A DNA stretch of 64,000 bases from an uncultured Oscillospiraceae bacterium (lineage in GTDB: Bacteria > Bacillota > Clostridia > Oscillospirales > Ruminococcaceae). Below the pieces are notes generated by a model. It worked only from the letters and a program-made list of their open reading frames with translations. It made no database searches and was not told the origin of the DNA. A program made the translations under genes and the position numbers. This document shows positions 7,709-17,347 of this stretch, in pieces. The stretch's first letter is position 1. Each line of letters starts with the position of its first letter. The DNA is taken from positions 777-64,776 of the forward strand of contig CAJTTH010000015.1 of the NCBI GenBank assembly GCA_910579125.1, in the 5' to 3' direction.

Positions 7709-10700
7709 ATCTCAATCGCCTTATCCGCGAGGAACGCGTAAAGGTACATCTCCTTAATTGGTTTTCCCGTGCGCTCGGGGAGCAAACGGCTGTATATCTT
7801 CACCTGCTGTGCGTAGTTTTCGCGCTCCTCCTCGAGATTGGCGGCGGTGTCGCTCTTGTAGTCGACCACGACAATGCCGCCGTCCTCGACGAAATACAAG
7901 TCTATCTGCCCCTGAACGCTTATTTTGCCGCCGTATTCCTGACCGATTTCCGTGCCCGCGATCTCGGAGTAAAACGCTCTTTCGCGGACGATCTCGGAGC
8001 TTTTCAGCATACGTTGTCCTATACCGCTTTGGAAGAACTTGGCAATATGCTCCGCTTCGACGATCTCCGCTTCGCGGCGGGTTATCTTTCCGCTTTCCGC
8101 AAGCTCGGCTATCGCGGACTTCACTGTTTCAAGAATATCGCCGTCACCCAGCCGTTCGAGCGGAAAATACTGCATCGTATGATGATAGGCGTTGCCCTTT
8201 TCCGCGCCCGTAGGCTTGCCGTTGTTTGCGAAATCGGGCTTTATCAGATTTACGGGCCGCACGGATTTTTTATGCGCAAGCTCGGTCACAGTGAATTTCG
8301 CTTGCTGCCGCGCTTCCTCGGCGTAGGGATAACGCTCGTTCATAAGCGAAACGAGCTCCGCCGTTTCATCGCCGGTAATATCGCCGTAAGCGTCGGTTTC
8401 TTTATTATTTAGCTCGGGAGCCTTGCCGTCCGCAAGCGTCTCGTAAATGCGGCAGTCAACACCCTCAAGATACGTGTTGACGGGAGCTTTCCCCGAAAAC
8501 GCGTCGTCGGGAGCGAGCGTCGACAGCTTGCCGAGTATCCACTTGAACGGTATCGACTTCTCGAAAAGCGCGTCGGACATACTCGGGTCGAATTGCTCAT
8601 CCTTTAGCTTGCCGCCCGAAATATTCCCCACCATTATCAGCTTCTCCTGTGCGCGCGTCATTGCGACATACAGCAGCCGCAGTTCCTCGCCTATCAGCTT
8701 GCGGCGGTTCAGTACGCTCAGCGCGGAATACGCGAACGACGCGGTTTTCAGGCGGTTTTTGAAATCGACGTGCTTCATTGCCAGAAAATGCTCGCGGCTG
8801 ACCAGCAGCGTTCCCGTGTAGTCGGATTTGTTAAGCTGCGTCTGAAGCTCCGCCAGAATGCACACGGGCACTTCAAGCCCCTTGCTGCCGTGGAACGTCA
8901 TTATCTGCACCGCTTCCTCGGAGCTTTCGGCGCGGGACGCCTCCTCTATTCCCTTTTCGGCGTTCTCCCTCGCTCTGTCGAGAAAGCGCAGGAAATCGCT
9001 CAGATCGCCGCCGTCTCTCGCCGAAAAATCGGACGCGAGCCTTTGCAGCGCACGGACGTTTGAAACGCGCTGAGCGCTGTCCTCGAACGCCGCGACCACC
9101 GCCGTTATGTCCGTGTCCTCGTATATCCTGCGTATGAGATCGTCTGTCGAGCAGGAGCTCATGCGGTAGCGGAACGACGCGAGATCGCCGCTGAACCGCG
9201 CGAGCTTTTTGTTTACCGCGCGCGGAACGCTGCCCGTTTCGTCCTCGGTCAGTTCGCCGAGCTCCAACGGTTTTGCACACAGGCGCAGACAATTGTACAG
9301 CGAGTAGCCCTTACACGTCTTTGCGATCTTGCGAAGCTGCTGTTCCGTGAGCGCTCTCTCGTCGACGCCGAGCGTTCCGAGCCGCAACTGCGCAATTTCC
9401 TCCGCGGTAAAACGGTAGATAGGCGACATCAGCACGCGCAGCATTTCCTCGTCTTTTAAAGGATCGTCGACTATCTTCAGATAATCGATAACAAGCGCGA
9501 TCTCCTCCGTTTCCAAGAAATTCCTGCCCTTGGGAGCAACCGAGGAAATCCCCAGCTCCTCGAGCGCGGCGCGGTAATTGCTTATCTTGCCCCTGTTACG
9601 CAGCAGAACCGCAAAATCGGAATATCTGCATCTTCTGCGCTCTCCGTTCTCGGTTATCAGGAAATTTTCGTCGTCGTGAAGTTCCTTTATTTTTTTCGCG
9701 GCAAATCTCGCGCCCGTCATATCCTTGTCGTCGTCGGAGCATTCCTTGACGTTCAGCAGAATTACCTCGGAGCTGTACTTTCTGCGGTGTTCCTCGGGAA
9801 TATCGGGATATTTCGCGCCGAGCCTTAACTCGTGCCCTTTCGCGTAGTCCACGCCGCCGTATTCGGGGGTCATAAGCCCCGAGAACGCCGCGTTCACCGT
9901 GTCGATAACGGAGCTTCTGCTGCGGTAGTTTGTGTTCAGCGGCAGCTCCTCAAAGCCCTCCTTTGCCGCGAGATTTGCCATAATGGAGGGGTTTCCTCCG
10001 CGAAATGCGTAGATCGACTGCTTGACGTCGCCGACATAAAACAGTCTCCCGCAGCCGAGCAGCCTGAAGATCTCCGCCTGTATATCGTTGGAATCCTGAA
10101 ACTCGTCGACGATAATACAGCAAAATCGCTCGGAAAGCTGTCTGCGAAAGCTCTCGTCCCCGCGGAGCTTTTCAAGCAGAAAAAGCTCGCAGTCCGAAAA
10201 ATCCACGCAGCCCGAATTTTTCTTCACCTGCTCCAGATATCCGCGGTAGATACGCAGCAGTTTAATAAACGAAAGCGCGGCGGTCTGCTGCCCCGAAAAC
10301 GTTTCCTCCTCGGCGGCTCTGTCGGCAATACTCTCTGCAATGCTGTCGATAATCCCCTGAAACGCCTTTTTCGCCGTGTTGAACGCGGTTTTGTAAGGGT
10401 TTCTCGCGCCGCCCGAGGTTTCCGCGGCAGCGCCGTTAATCTGAACCGCTTTAACGGCATTAACAAATTTCTCCGCCGACTCAAGATCAAGCCTTAACTC
10501 CGCGAAGCTCTTTTCAAGCGCCTCAAGCCGGCGCTTGTCCCCGTCGATATACGCGAATATCAGCGGCGCGGTTTTTTCAATCAGCGCGTTGTGATTGTCT
10601 ATCGTGGACTTTGTTTTGGTGTTCGCGATAATTCTCCGCGATTCGGGAATGAGGTTTTCGCGGACGTCCTCGTACACGTCAACAATGCTCCGCGCGTTTT

Positions 10701-11430
10701 CTATCAGAGCGCCGACCTTTTCCGCCGCGAACGGAAGATACTTCAGCATAAGGCTGTCAACGCTGCCGTAAGCGCTCTCCGCGCCGCTGAGCCACTTCTC
10801 CGCGTCCGCGTATGACGAAAGCTCCTCGGCAGTATCGACAATCCCTTTTTCAAGCGCGTTGTCGTCCTCAAAGCCGAACGTGTAAAACAGCGTTCGGCGC
10901 TCGTCCTCGGAGAACGCGCTCTCTCCCGACAGTCCGTCGTTGTAGAAGTCCTGCATGGCGAGCTTAAGCGCACGCGACTGAAGCGCGGTTTTCTTCGCGG
11001 GATCGGATATCGTGAAGTTTATCGGCAGATCGAACGCCTCGGGATTTTCGCGGATAATTTTAAGGCAGAACGCGTCGATAGTTGAAATGGACGCTTGCCG
11101 CAGCGCGAAAATCTGCTCGTTCAGATAGGCGCGTTCTTCGACGGTCTCCGCGGAGTTTTTATCGGAAAGCTCCTCTGCCCTCTCCGCGAGCTTGCGGTTG
11201 AGTTTTTCGCGCAGACTTTTCGTAGCGTTCCTCGTGAACGTCATAATACCCAGCCTGTCCGCTCTTATCCCGAGCGCTCTGTCCGAAAGCAGACGGACGA
11301 CGCGGTCGACCAGAAGCGTGGTCTTTCCGCTGCCCGCCGCCGCCGTAACGACAGCGGGTCTGTCGTGCGGAAAATCAACAGCCCTTTGCTGCTCGGGATT
11401 TAACTTGATCTCACTCACTGCCGCCCTCAT
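7705..11430 (-). CDS. addA: ATP-dependent helicase/nuclease subunit A (AddA)
   Basis: 1241 aa. UvrD-like Walker A AAAGSGKTTLL, helicase motifs, and a C-terminal PD-(D/E)XK nuclease motif (VVVDYKSD). Confidence 0.9.
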   Translation of the reverse strand: MRAAVSEIKLNPEQQRAVDFPHDRPAVVTAAAGSGKTTLLVDRVVRLLSDRALGIRADRLGIMTFTRNATKSLREKLNRKLAERAEELSDKNSAETVEERAYLNEQIFALRQASISTIDAFCLKIIRENPEAFDLPINFTISDPAKKTALQSRALKLAMQDFYNDGLSGESAFSEDERRTLFYTFGFEDDNALEKGIVDTAEELSSYADAEKWLSGAESAYGSVDSLMLKYLPFAAEKVGALIENARSIVDVYEDVRENLIPESRRIIANTKTKSTIDNHNALIEKTAPLIFAYIDGDKRRLEALEKSFAELRLDLESAEKFVNAVKAVQINGAAAETSGGARNPYKTAFNTAKKAFQGIIDSIAESIADRAAEEETFSGQQTAALSFIKLLRIYRGYLEQVKKNSGCVDFSDCELFLLEKLRGDESFRRQLSERFCCIIVDEFQDSNDIQAEIFRLLGCGRLFYVGDVKQSIYAFRGGNPSIMANLAAKEGFEELPLNTNYRSRSSVIDTVNAAFSGLMTPEYGGVDYAKGHELRLGAKYPDIPEEHRRKYSSEVILLNVKECSDDDKDMTGARFAAKKIKELHDDENFLITENGERRRCRYSDFAVLLRNRGKISNYRAALEELGISSVAPKGRNFLETEEIALVIDYLKIVDDPLKDEEMLRVLMSPIYRFTAEEIAQLRLGTLGVDERALTEQQLRKIAKTCKGYSLYNCLRLCAKPLELGELTEDETGSVPRAVNKKLARFSGDLASFRYRMSSCSTDDLIRRIYEDTDITAVVAAFEDSAQRVSNVRALQRLASDFSARDGGDLSDFLRFLDRARENAEKGIEEASRAESSEEAVQIMTFHGSKGLEVPVCILAELQTQLNKSDYTGTLLVSREHFLAMKHVDFKNRLKTASFAYSALSVLNRRKLIGEELRLLYVAMTRAQEKLIMVGNISGGKLKDEQFDPSMSDALFEKSIPFKWILGKLSTLAPDDAFSGKAPVNTYLEGVDCRIYETLADGKAPELNNKETDAYGDITGDETAELVSLMNERYPYAEEARQQAKFTVTELAHKKSVRPVNLIKPDFANNGKPTGAEKGNAYHHTMQYFPLERLGDGDILETVKSAIAELAESGKITRREAEIVEAEHIAKFFQSGIGQRMLKSSEIVRERAFYSEIAGTEIGQEYGGKISVQGQIDLYFVEDGGIVVVDYKSDTAANLEEERENYAQQVKIYSRLLPERTGKPIKEMYLYAFLADKAIEI

Positions 11431-14400
11431 CTCCTTTCAGATACGGATTATCCCACTCGGGAGCGCTTTTCGTCGCTTTCGCGCGCGCCTTTTCCACTTT
11501 AATGGGATTGTTCCCCGCGTTTCCGCAGATATTTTTTAAGTTACAGTATTCGCACGGATCCTTGACCTTGCTCTCGCTGCCGCCGTCCACCTTGCGGTGA
11601 GTTTCCGTGCAGACGAGCGGAAGAGCGCTCACATTGCCGCCGAACAGCGCGGAAAGATATCCCCCGACCGTATCCAGCAGATCTCCGCGAAGCTGTTCAA
11701 AGCTGTCCGCGTCCGCTTGGTTAAGCACGGTCGGCTCGAACGCCTGCCGCAGCTTCTCGGCGGTCTTATCGTCGAGTTCTCCCTCCGACGCGATCTTTTC
11801 CATTACCGTATCGACGTATTTCCGAAGATCGCCGCTCGTGACCTCGTCCTTGATAAGCAGCTCGTTCGGGTGATAGTTCATCGCGAGCATACGGTACGGC
11901 GACATCTCGTCCTCGACCGCGCCAGTATTCCTCGACGGCGCATAGCTCACGCCGCCCGGGCAAAGCTCGATAGCAGGATTGTCCGCGTTAGCGCCGCACA
12001 ACGCGAACAGATACAACAGCATCTGAAGATTTGAGCCGTTGAGCGCGTTGTTGAGGTCAAATTCGCGGACGGAGCTTTTGTAGTCCACCACACGGACGTA
12101 AACCTTTTCTCTGCCGTCCCCGCCGCTCCCCGCCGAAAACGTGTCGACGCGGTCGATACGTCCGACCACCGTCACCTCGAGACCGTCCTCAAGCCGTATC
12201 ACAAGCGGCTTGACTTCAAGGTACTTTTCGCTTGTCTCGGGAGCTTTCGGTTCGGCGGCGTTTTCGCAGTCGTTCTCGGAATAAAGCTGCGCGGGAGGTA
12301 TCCCGGCGGCGCAAGGCTGTTCGTTGTCGATAAAGGGCAGCGGCTCGGCGCATTCGGAAATATCCAGCTCGAAAAATTTCGGACGGTATCTCCGCGCGAA
12401 AAATTCCGCCTGCATTGTGATAAGCACGTCGGTCGCCGAGTTGGCGATATTGTTGAATAAAAATTCGGTGCGCTTGTCGTCGGCGAACTCATTGGTGGTC
12501 TCGCGGCGGCAGTATTCCTCCAGATAACCGCGCGACAGGCGGTAAAGCTCCGCGCGCGTAAGTCTGAAAAAGCTGTCCATATCGCCGCTGTATTTGCCCA
12601 CAACGCTCTCCAGAACGAAATGGATAGCGTCGCCGCGTTTGCTGTTGTTAAAGCTGCGCTGACCGCGTTCGTTCACTCCCAGACCGTAGCGGCAGAAGTA
12701 GCTGAACTTGCACTCGCTCAGCTTCTCGACGGCGGTCGCGCCGATATAGCTCGAAAACAGCCGCCGCGCGGTCTTGGGGTGAATGTGATGTCTGCCCGAA
12801 AAGTTCTCGTCGCCAAGCGTCCTTACGGCGCGCGAGCCGCGTATCTCGTCCAGCATTTCGGTGAAATCCGCGCTGCCGTTTTCGATAAGCGCGCGTTTCA
12901 GCACGGCGTTTTCGCGCCCGCCGCAGTTAAGCCCGAGCGCATAGCGGTTCTTAGCCGCCTTTTCGGTGCGGCAGTAGAATTTGTTGCCGAGCCTTGCAGC
13001 GTCGACGATCTCCGTTTCGGGGAATGCCGCGCGGATATTGCCCATAATTTCCGAGCGTTGGAGCGGTTCGCCCGAAATATCGCAATCGGGACAGCTCACG
13101 CAAAGAAACTCCGTCGGCAGCGAGAGCGCTCTGTACGCGCGGTAAATTGACAAACAATACTGCTCCTTAACGTCCTTAAGACACTTCTCGCCGAGATGAG
13201 TTATCTTGTCGCACAGTATCTCCGTTTCATACTGCGAGAATATCCCGCTTTTCGGCGCGGGCGTCGGGAAGCTCTCGTAAGACGCGCCGACTATGAACGC
13301 CGCGCGAATGTTTTCCGCGCGCGTTCTGTCGATATCGCCGACCAGCACACAGTCCACAAATTGCGGCGGCTTGGCGAGCGAGGTCGTCGAGCATATATCG
13401 CGGAACAGCCGATAATAGTCGTCAAGCGTTATCGAAATGTCGGCAAGCTCATTGTGCAGCGAGTTGAATATCCCGATAAGAGAGTTCCACAGCCGCTGAT
13501 AGAGCGCCACCATTTCACCGCTTAGCTCCGTTCCCTCCTCGTTCATGCAGCGCGAGAACAGCGCCCTGTGCACGCCGACATCGTCCGTCAGAAATTTGTA
13601 CAGCAGTTCGGTCAATTCCGCGCCGTTCATCATTCCCTTACCCGAGGGCAGCTTCCTCCGCAGCTTCAGCAGCGGCTCGACAACGCCCCTGCGCACCTCC
13701 TCCGCCTGCTCCATATCAAGGTCCTTTTCAAGGCGGCGGTTCACGAAAGTAAACGGCTTCTTGATGTGCGAGGTCTCCAGCGCCCATTCGTAAACGTAAT
13801 TCTCGAACACGTCGATATCCTTTGCCGACAAGCCGACGCGTTCGTTCTTCTGCTCGTCAAATTTGCTGAAAAATCCCGTTTTCACGCATCCCAGAACCGT
13901 ATCGACACTGAAATCGCGCAGAGCGTTCAGCGCCGCAATGACCGCGTTTATAAGCGGCTGATAAAGTATCGGCTCGGGAACGTCGGTGAATATCGGTATA
14001 TCGTATCTGGCAAACGCGCTTTCAATGTATTTCGAGTACGCGCCCATGTCGGTGCACAGCACGGCGATTTCACGGCAGCGCATACCCTTTTCGCTTATAA
14101 GCTGCCGAATTTTCGCCGCAACATAGTCCAGCTCCCCGTAAACGTCCGCCGCACTTACAAGCTCCGCGCTTGCGCCAAGCGGAACGGAGCTTCTCCCGCC
14201 GCCGAAGATAAGCTCGGGCAGCTCGCGCAGAGGGCAGTCCTCCGTCATTCGCTCGGGGATATTTTCGCTTATGAACCGAACCTCGCAGCCGTCCTCCTCG
14301 GCTTGCCGTTTAAGGCGCTCGATCTGCGTTTTCGGCGTTCTGAAAACGTCCGAGCCGCTCTCATAGTCGACCGCGAACCCGAACGTGACGTTCTCCGCCT

Positions 14401-15085
14401 TACCGATAGCCCGCCGCAAAAACAGCAGCTGATCGCTCGTGAAATCATTGAAGCAATCCACAAAAATATTCGCGCCGTCATAGTCCTTATAGTCGGCTCT
14501 CGCGGTTATTTCCGCCGCGAGCTTCGTCACGTCAAGCCTGTCGATATATTCCGACATCAGCACGTCGTACTGTCCGTACAGAACGCTGACCTCGGCGAGC
14601 TTTTTCACAACGGGCATATCAGCGCCGAGCCTTTCGTCAAGCTCGAAAGCGGGTAAACTCTCCTCCAGATCGCGCGCGTTAAGCCCCGCCGTCTTGAACA
14701 TTGAGACGGTCTGCACCATTTTCTCGCAGAAGCCCGATCTCGACGCGATTTTCCCGAGCACCGAAAGCGAGGACTTGTTGTCGTTAACGACCTTATGCAT
14801 AACGATATTCTTGACAATATCGTCCGCGGGCTGACGGTTCTCGCCGCTCTTTTCGAGAATTTCCCGCGAGAACGCCGAAAACGTTGTTATCTTCACCTCG
14901 TCGAACCGCCGCATCAGACGCTTTTCGTCAAGTATTCTGTATATCGCTTTTTCGGTCTCGTATTCAAACTGCTCGGGAACTATGTAAATTATTTTGCAGC
15001 CGCCGTTCTCAAGCAGCGAAACAAGCTCGCTCCTTACCCGCCCCGAAACGTCGTACTTCGCCTTTGCGGCAATGAACTTTACCAA
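11411..15085 (-). CDS. addB: Helicase-nuclease subunit B (AddB/RexB)
   Basis: 1224 aa directly upstream of addA. Nuclease motif VVDYKSS and a C-terminal Cys cluster (CEYCNLKNIC plus the upstream SECKFSYFC). TTG start preceded by AAAGGAG. Confidence 0.85.
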   Translation of the reverse strand: MVKFIAAKAKYDVSGRVRSELVSLLENGGCKIIYIVPEQFEYETEKAIYRILDEKRLMRRFDEVKITTFSAFSREILEKSGENRQPADDIVKNIVMHKVVNDNKSSLSVLGKIASRSGFCEKMVQTVSMFKTAGLNARDLEESLPAFELDERLGADMPVVKKLAEVSVLYGQYDVLMSEYIDRLDVTKLAAEITARADYKDYDGANIFVDCFNDFTSDQLLFLRRAIGKAENVTFGFAVDYESGSDVFRTPKTQIERLKRQAEEDGCEVRFISENIPERMTEDCPLRELPELIFGGGRSSVPLGASAELVSAADVYGELDYVAAKIRQLISEKGMRCREIAVLCTDMGAYSKYIESAFARYDIPIFTDVPEPILYQPLINAVIAALNALRDFSVDTVLGCVKTGFFSKFDEQKNERVGLSAKDIDVFENYVYEWALETSHIKKPFTFVNRRLEKDLDMEQAEEVRRGVVEPLLKLRRKLPSGKGMMNGAELTELLYKFLTDDVGVHRALFSRCMNEEGTELSGEMVALYQRLWNSLIGIFNSLHNELADISITLDDYYRLFRDICSTTSLAKPPQFVDCVLVGDIDRTRAENIRAAFIVGASYESFPTPAPKSGIFSQYETEILCDKITHLGEKCLKDVKEQYCLSIYRAYRALSLPTEFLCVSCPDCDISGEPLQRSEIMGNIRAAFPETEIVDAARLGNKFYCRTEKAAKNRYALGLNCGGRENAVLKRALIENGSADFTEMLDEIRGSRAVRTLGDENFSGRHHIHPKTARRLFSSYIGATAVEKLSECKFSYFCRYGLGVNERGQRSFNNSKRGDAIHFVLESVVGKYSGDMDSFFRLTRAELYRLSRGYLEEYCRRETTNEFADDKRTEFLFNNIANSATDVLITMQAEFFARRYRPKFFELDISECAEPLPFIDNEQPCAAGIPPAQLYSENDCENAAEPKAPETSEKYLEVKPLVIRLEDGLEVTVVGRIDRVDTFSAGSGGDGREKVYVRVVDYKSSVREFDLNNALNGSNLQMLLYLFALCGANADNPAIELCPGGVSYAPSRNTGAVEDEMSPYRMLAMNYHPNELLIKDEVTSGDLRKYVDTVMEKIASEGELDDKTAEKLRQAFEPTVLNQADADSFEQLRGDLLDTVGGYLSALFGGNVSALPLVCTETHRKVDGGSESKVKDPCEYCNLKNICGNAGNNPIKVEKARAKATKSAPEWDNPYLKGDEGGSE

Positions 15086-15810
15086 TTCGCACGCTCCTTT
15101 TCGCTGACCTCATATAAAAACTCCCTGCCGACCTCGCCGACCTTTTCGATTATCCCCGCCGTCCGCAAGACCTCCGTCCGCAGCGACGAACGGCTTTCCC
15201 TTGCAGCTTTGCAGAGCTGCTTTTTCGTGAATTTCCCAGACAGACCGTCCGGCAGAAAAACCGCGTAGTCGCGCGGAATATCCAACCGCAGCTCCTCGGT
15301 TATCTCAAGCGGCACCGTCTTTATCAGGCATTTTTTCCGAGCTGCCTTGCTGCGCATATCGGGAACCTTTTCCCCGTGAAAATACACGCGCTTTTCGGTT
15401 TTCAGCCGCACCAGTATCACCGACAAATTCTCGTCGTTCAGAAACTCGCGTATCGAGTACAGCTCCTCGAAAATTTTCAGCTTCGAGTATTGCTTTCGCG
15501 GCGGCGTTTCGTCGACTATCTCCCCCGAATCCTTGTTTATGAACAGCGTGCGGTACTCGCCGACAACGGGGTGCACGACCGTTACCCGCGAGTATTCCAA
15601 AAACGTCCGCAGCTTTTCTTTAAGCCGATAAAGCGCCCTCGTCTGTATCTCGAATATTCCGTCCTCGCTCACCGCGTCCGCGAAAAAGCTGCCGATCTTT
15701 ATCTCCTGCTCGTCGGAAAACGGCGCATAGTAGTTCTTCAGCGACGCGTGTATCAGCTTTTCATTCTGCGTTCCGACCGAACCGTGAAAGCCCTTGCTGT
15801 CGTTCATCAT
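15079..15810 (-). CDS. Hypothetical protein with CoiA-like PD-(D/E)XK motif arrangement and a possible C-terminal wHTH
   Basis: Motif order LIHASLK ... E ... FFADAV ... FEIQT resembles the CoiA-type nuclease core. I prefer the start MMNDSK at 15810 (GGGAG SD 5 nt upstream) over the track start at 15861. Its stop overlaps the addB TTG start by 7 nt. Confidence 0.55.
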   Translation of the reverse strand: MMNDSKGFHGSVGTQNEKLIHASLKNYYAPFSDEQEIKIGSFFADAVSEDGIFEIQTRALYRLKEKLRTFLEYSRVTVVHPVVGEYRTLFINKDSGEIVDETPPRKQYSKLKIFEELYSIREFLNDENLSVILVRLKTEKRVYFHGEKVPDMRSKAARKKCLIKTVPLEITEELRLDIPRDYAVFLPDGLSGKFTKKQLCKAARESRSSLRTEVLRTAGIIEKVGEVGREFLYEVSEKERANW

Positions 15811-15841
15811 CGCCGCTCCCAGAGCCGCCGAAAATCTTTCC

Positions 15842-16681
15842 TTATCGCCCGCGCTTTTCAATAAACCTCGCCACCCCGTCGTTATTATTGCTCCCGATAA
15901 TTATATCGGCGGCGTTTTTAAGCGCGTCCGCCGCGTTCTCCACGGCGACCCCGATATCCGCCGCCTCTATCATCGAAATATCGTTGAAATTATCCCCGAA
16001 GCAAACCAGCTCGTCCGCGCCGATAAGCTCCGCGAGCTGCCGAACGGCGTTCGCCTTTGACGCGCTCCTGTCGTAGATCTCGTACCATATCATATCGTCG
16101 TAGGTGTCCTTCTGGACGTTCCTCGAAAAACCGTTCTCCTCCGTGAACGTCTTGTCCAGCAGCACGGTATCGCGCGGGTCGATCACCGTAAAATAAAAAA
16201 TTTCCCCCTCGAAAAGCTCCTTATAGCCGCTCACGGGGCGCAGACGCTTGTCGCCGCGCCGCGAATGAACGTAGCTTTTCACTTCGTCAAGACGGCTTTC
16301 TATGTAGGAGACCCTTTCCTTGCCGTCGATATACGAATATACCAGCGGCGCGATATTTTCGCTTATGAACAGCTCCCGCGCCATTCGCTGACATTCCTCG
16401 GAATAAATGTTCTCTATCAGATGTTTTCCCGTTTTCGGGTCAATAACAAAAACCCCGTTGAAGATAACAGCGGGGCACGATATCCGCAATTTTTCCACAA
16501 GCGGCGACGCGCTCGCGAACGAACGCGCCGTGGCATAAGTGAACGTTACGCCGCGTTCGATAAGCGAATTCAGCGCGTTCACCGAATATTCGGAGATTGA
16601 GGTGTCCGAACGCAGAAGCGTTCCGTCAAGGTCGGTAACATACAAAGTCATATCAGTACTCCTTACACCCGTCCACTGCAA
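15842..16681 (-). CDS. Cof-type HAD-IIB phosphatase
   Basis: 279 aa with the HAD motifs LYVTDLDGTLL and FGDNFNDISM. Confidence 0.85.
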   Translation of the reverse strand: MQWTGVRSTDMTLYVTDLDGTLLRSDTSISEYSVNALNSLIERGVTFTYATARSFASASPLVEKLRISCPAVIFNGVFVIDPKTGKHLIENIYSEECQRMARELFISENIAPLVYSYIDGKERVSYIESRLDEVKSYVHSRRGDKRLRPVSGYKELFEGEIFYFTVIDPRDTVLLDKTFTEENGFSRNVQKDTYDDMIWYEIYDRSASKANAVRQLAELIGADELVCFGDNFNDISMIEAADIGVAVENAADALKNAADIIIGSNNNDGVARFIEKRGR

Positions 16682-17330
16682 ACCTATGGTTCAGCATATA
16701 TTCGCGCAGTTCCGCCGCGTCGGGAAAATAACCGCCCTGCTTCTGTATCGACATACAGCCGCACGCGTTCGCGCGTATCACAGCCTCGCCGAGAGGCAGC
16801 TCGTTTAGAACGCCGCTTATCAGACCCGCCGCGAATGCCTTGCCCGCGCCGTGCGTATCGACGACCTTGTCCGCGCGGAACGTCGGCGTTATACCGCTTT
16901 CCTTTGCGCTGCGGTAGTACGCGCCTTTCTTGTCGAGAGTTATCACGATTTTCGGCACTCCGAGCGCAAGATAATGCTCGGCAATCTTTTCGGGATCGTC
17001 AAGACCGCACAGCGCATTTGCGTCCTCATCGCTAGGAATAAAGATTTCGCACAACGCCGCGATCTCGTTTATCAGCGCGTATTTGTCCGCGCTCACGCCG
17101 CTCAGATCGGGATCGAACACCACGGGTATCTCCGCCGCCCCGAACCGTCCGCATACCTCGCGCGCGACAGCCGCGTTCTCCTCCGACCGCGCCGCAAATT
17201 CTCCGGTAATAAACACCGCCGCTATATCGGCGCTGTCCGAGGGCGCGGCAGCGGCGGCGATACCGAGCCGCTCCAAGCCCTGTAAAATGCTGTATTCCCG
17301 CGAACCCGCATACTCCAGAACCAAACCCAT
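16653..17330 (-). CDS. Short PfkB/ribokinase-family protein (KdgK-like C-terminal part only)
   Basis: 225 aa, against about 310-340 aa for family members. It carries the C-terminal anion-hole motif as DTHGAGKAF, where the family consensus is DTxGAGD. No room remains for the N-terminal lid because the hisS stop is 17 nt upstream. Confidence 0.55.
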   Translation of the reverse strand: MGLVLEYAGSREYSILQGLERLGIAAAAAPSDSADIAAVFITGEFAARSEENAAVAREVCGRFGAAEIPVVFDPDLSGVSADKYALINEIAALCEIFIPSDEDANALCGLDDPEKIAEHYLALGVPKIVITLDKKGAYYRSAKESGITPTFRADKVVDTHGAGKAFAAGLISGVLNELPLGEAVIRANACGCMSIQKQGGYFPDAAELREYMLNHRFAVDGCKEY

Positions 17331-17347
17331 AAAACGGTCACCCCTTA

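Noticed and set aside
6413-7741. A 442-aa plus-strand ORF antisense to the 421-aa minus-strand gene. Similar long antisense ORFs occur at 20640-22217, 24327-25439, 31738-32976, 34198-35316, 46007-47755 and 53380-54690.
   Set aside because: They have the Arg/Ala/His-rich, motif-free composition typical of shadow frames opposite real genes in GC-rich DNA. The opposite strands carry unmistakable UvrA, UvrB, ABC-F, MetY, SMC and TopA motifs.
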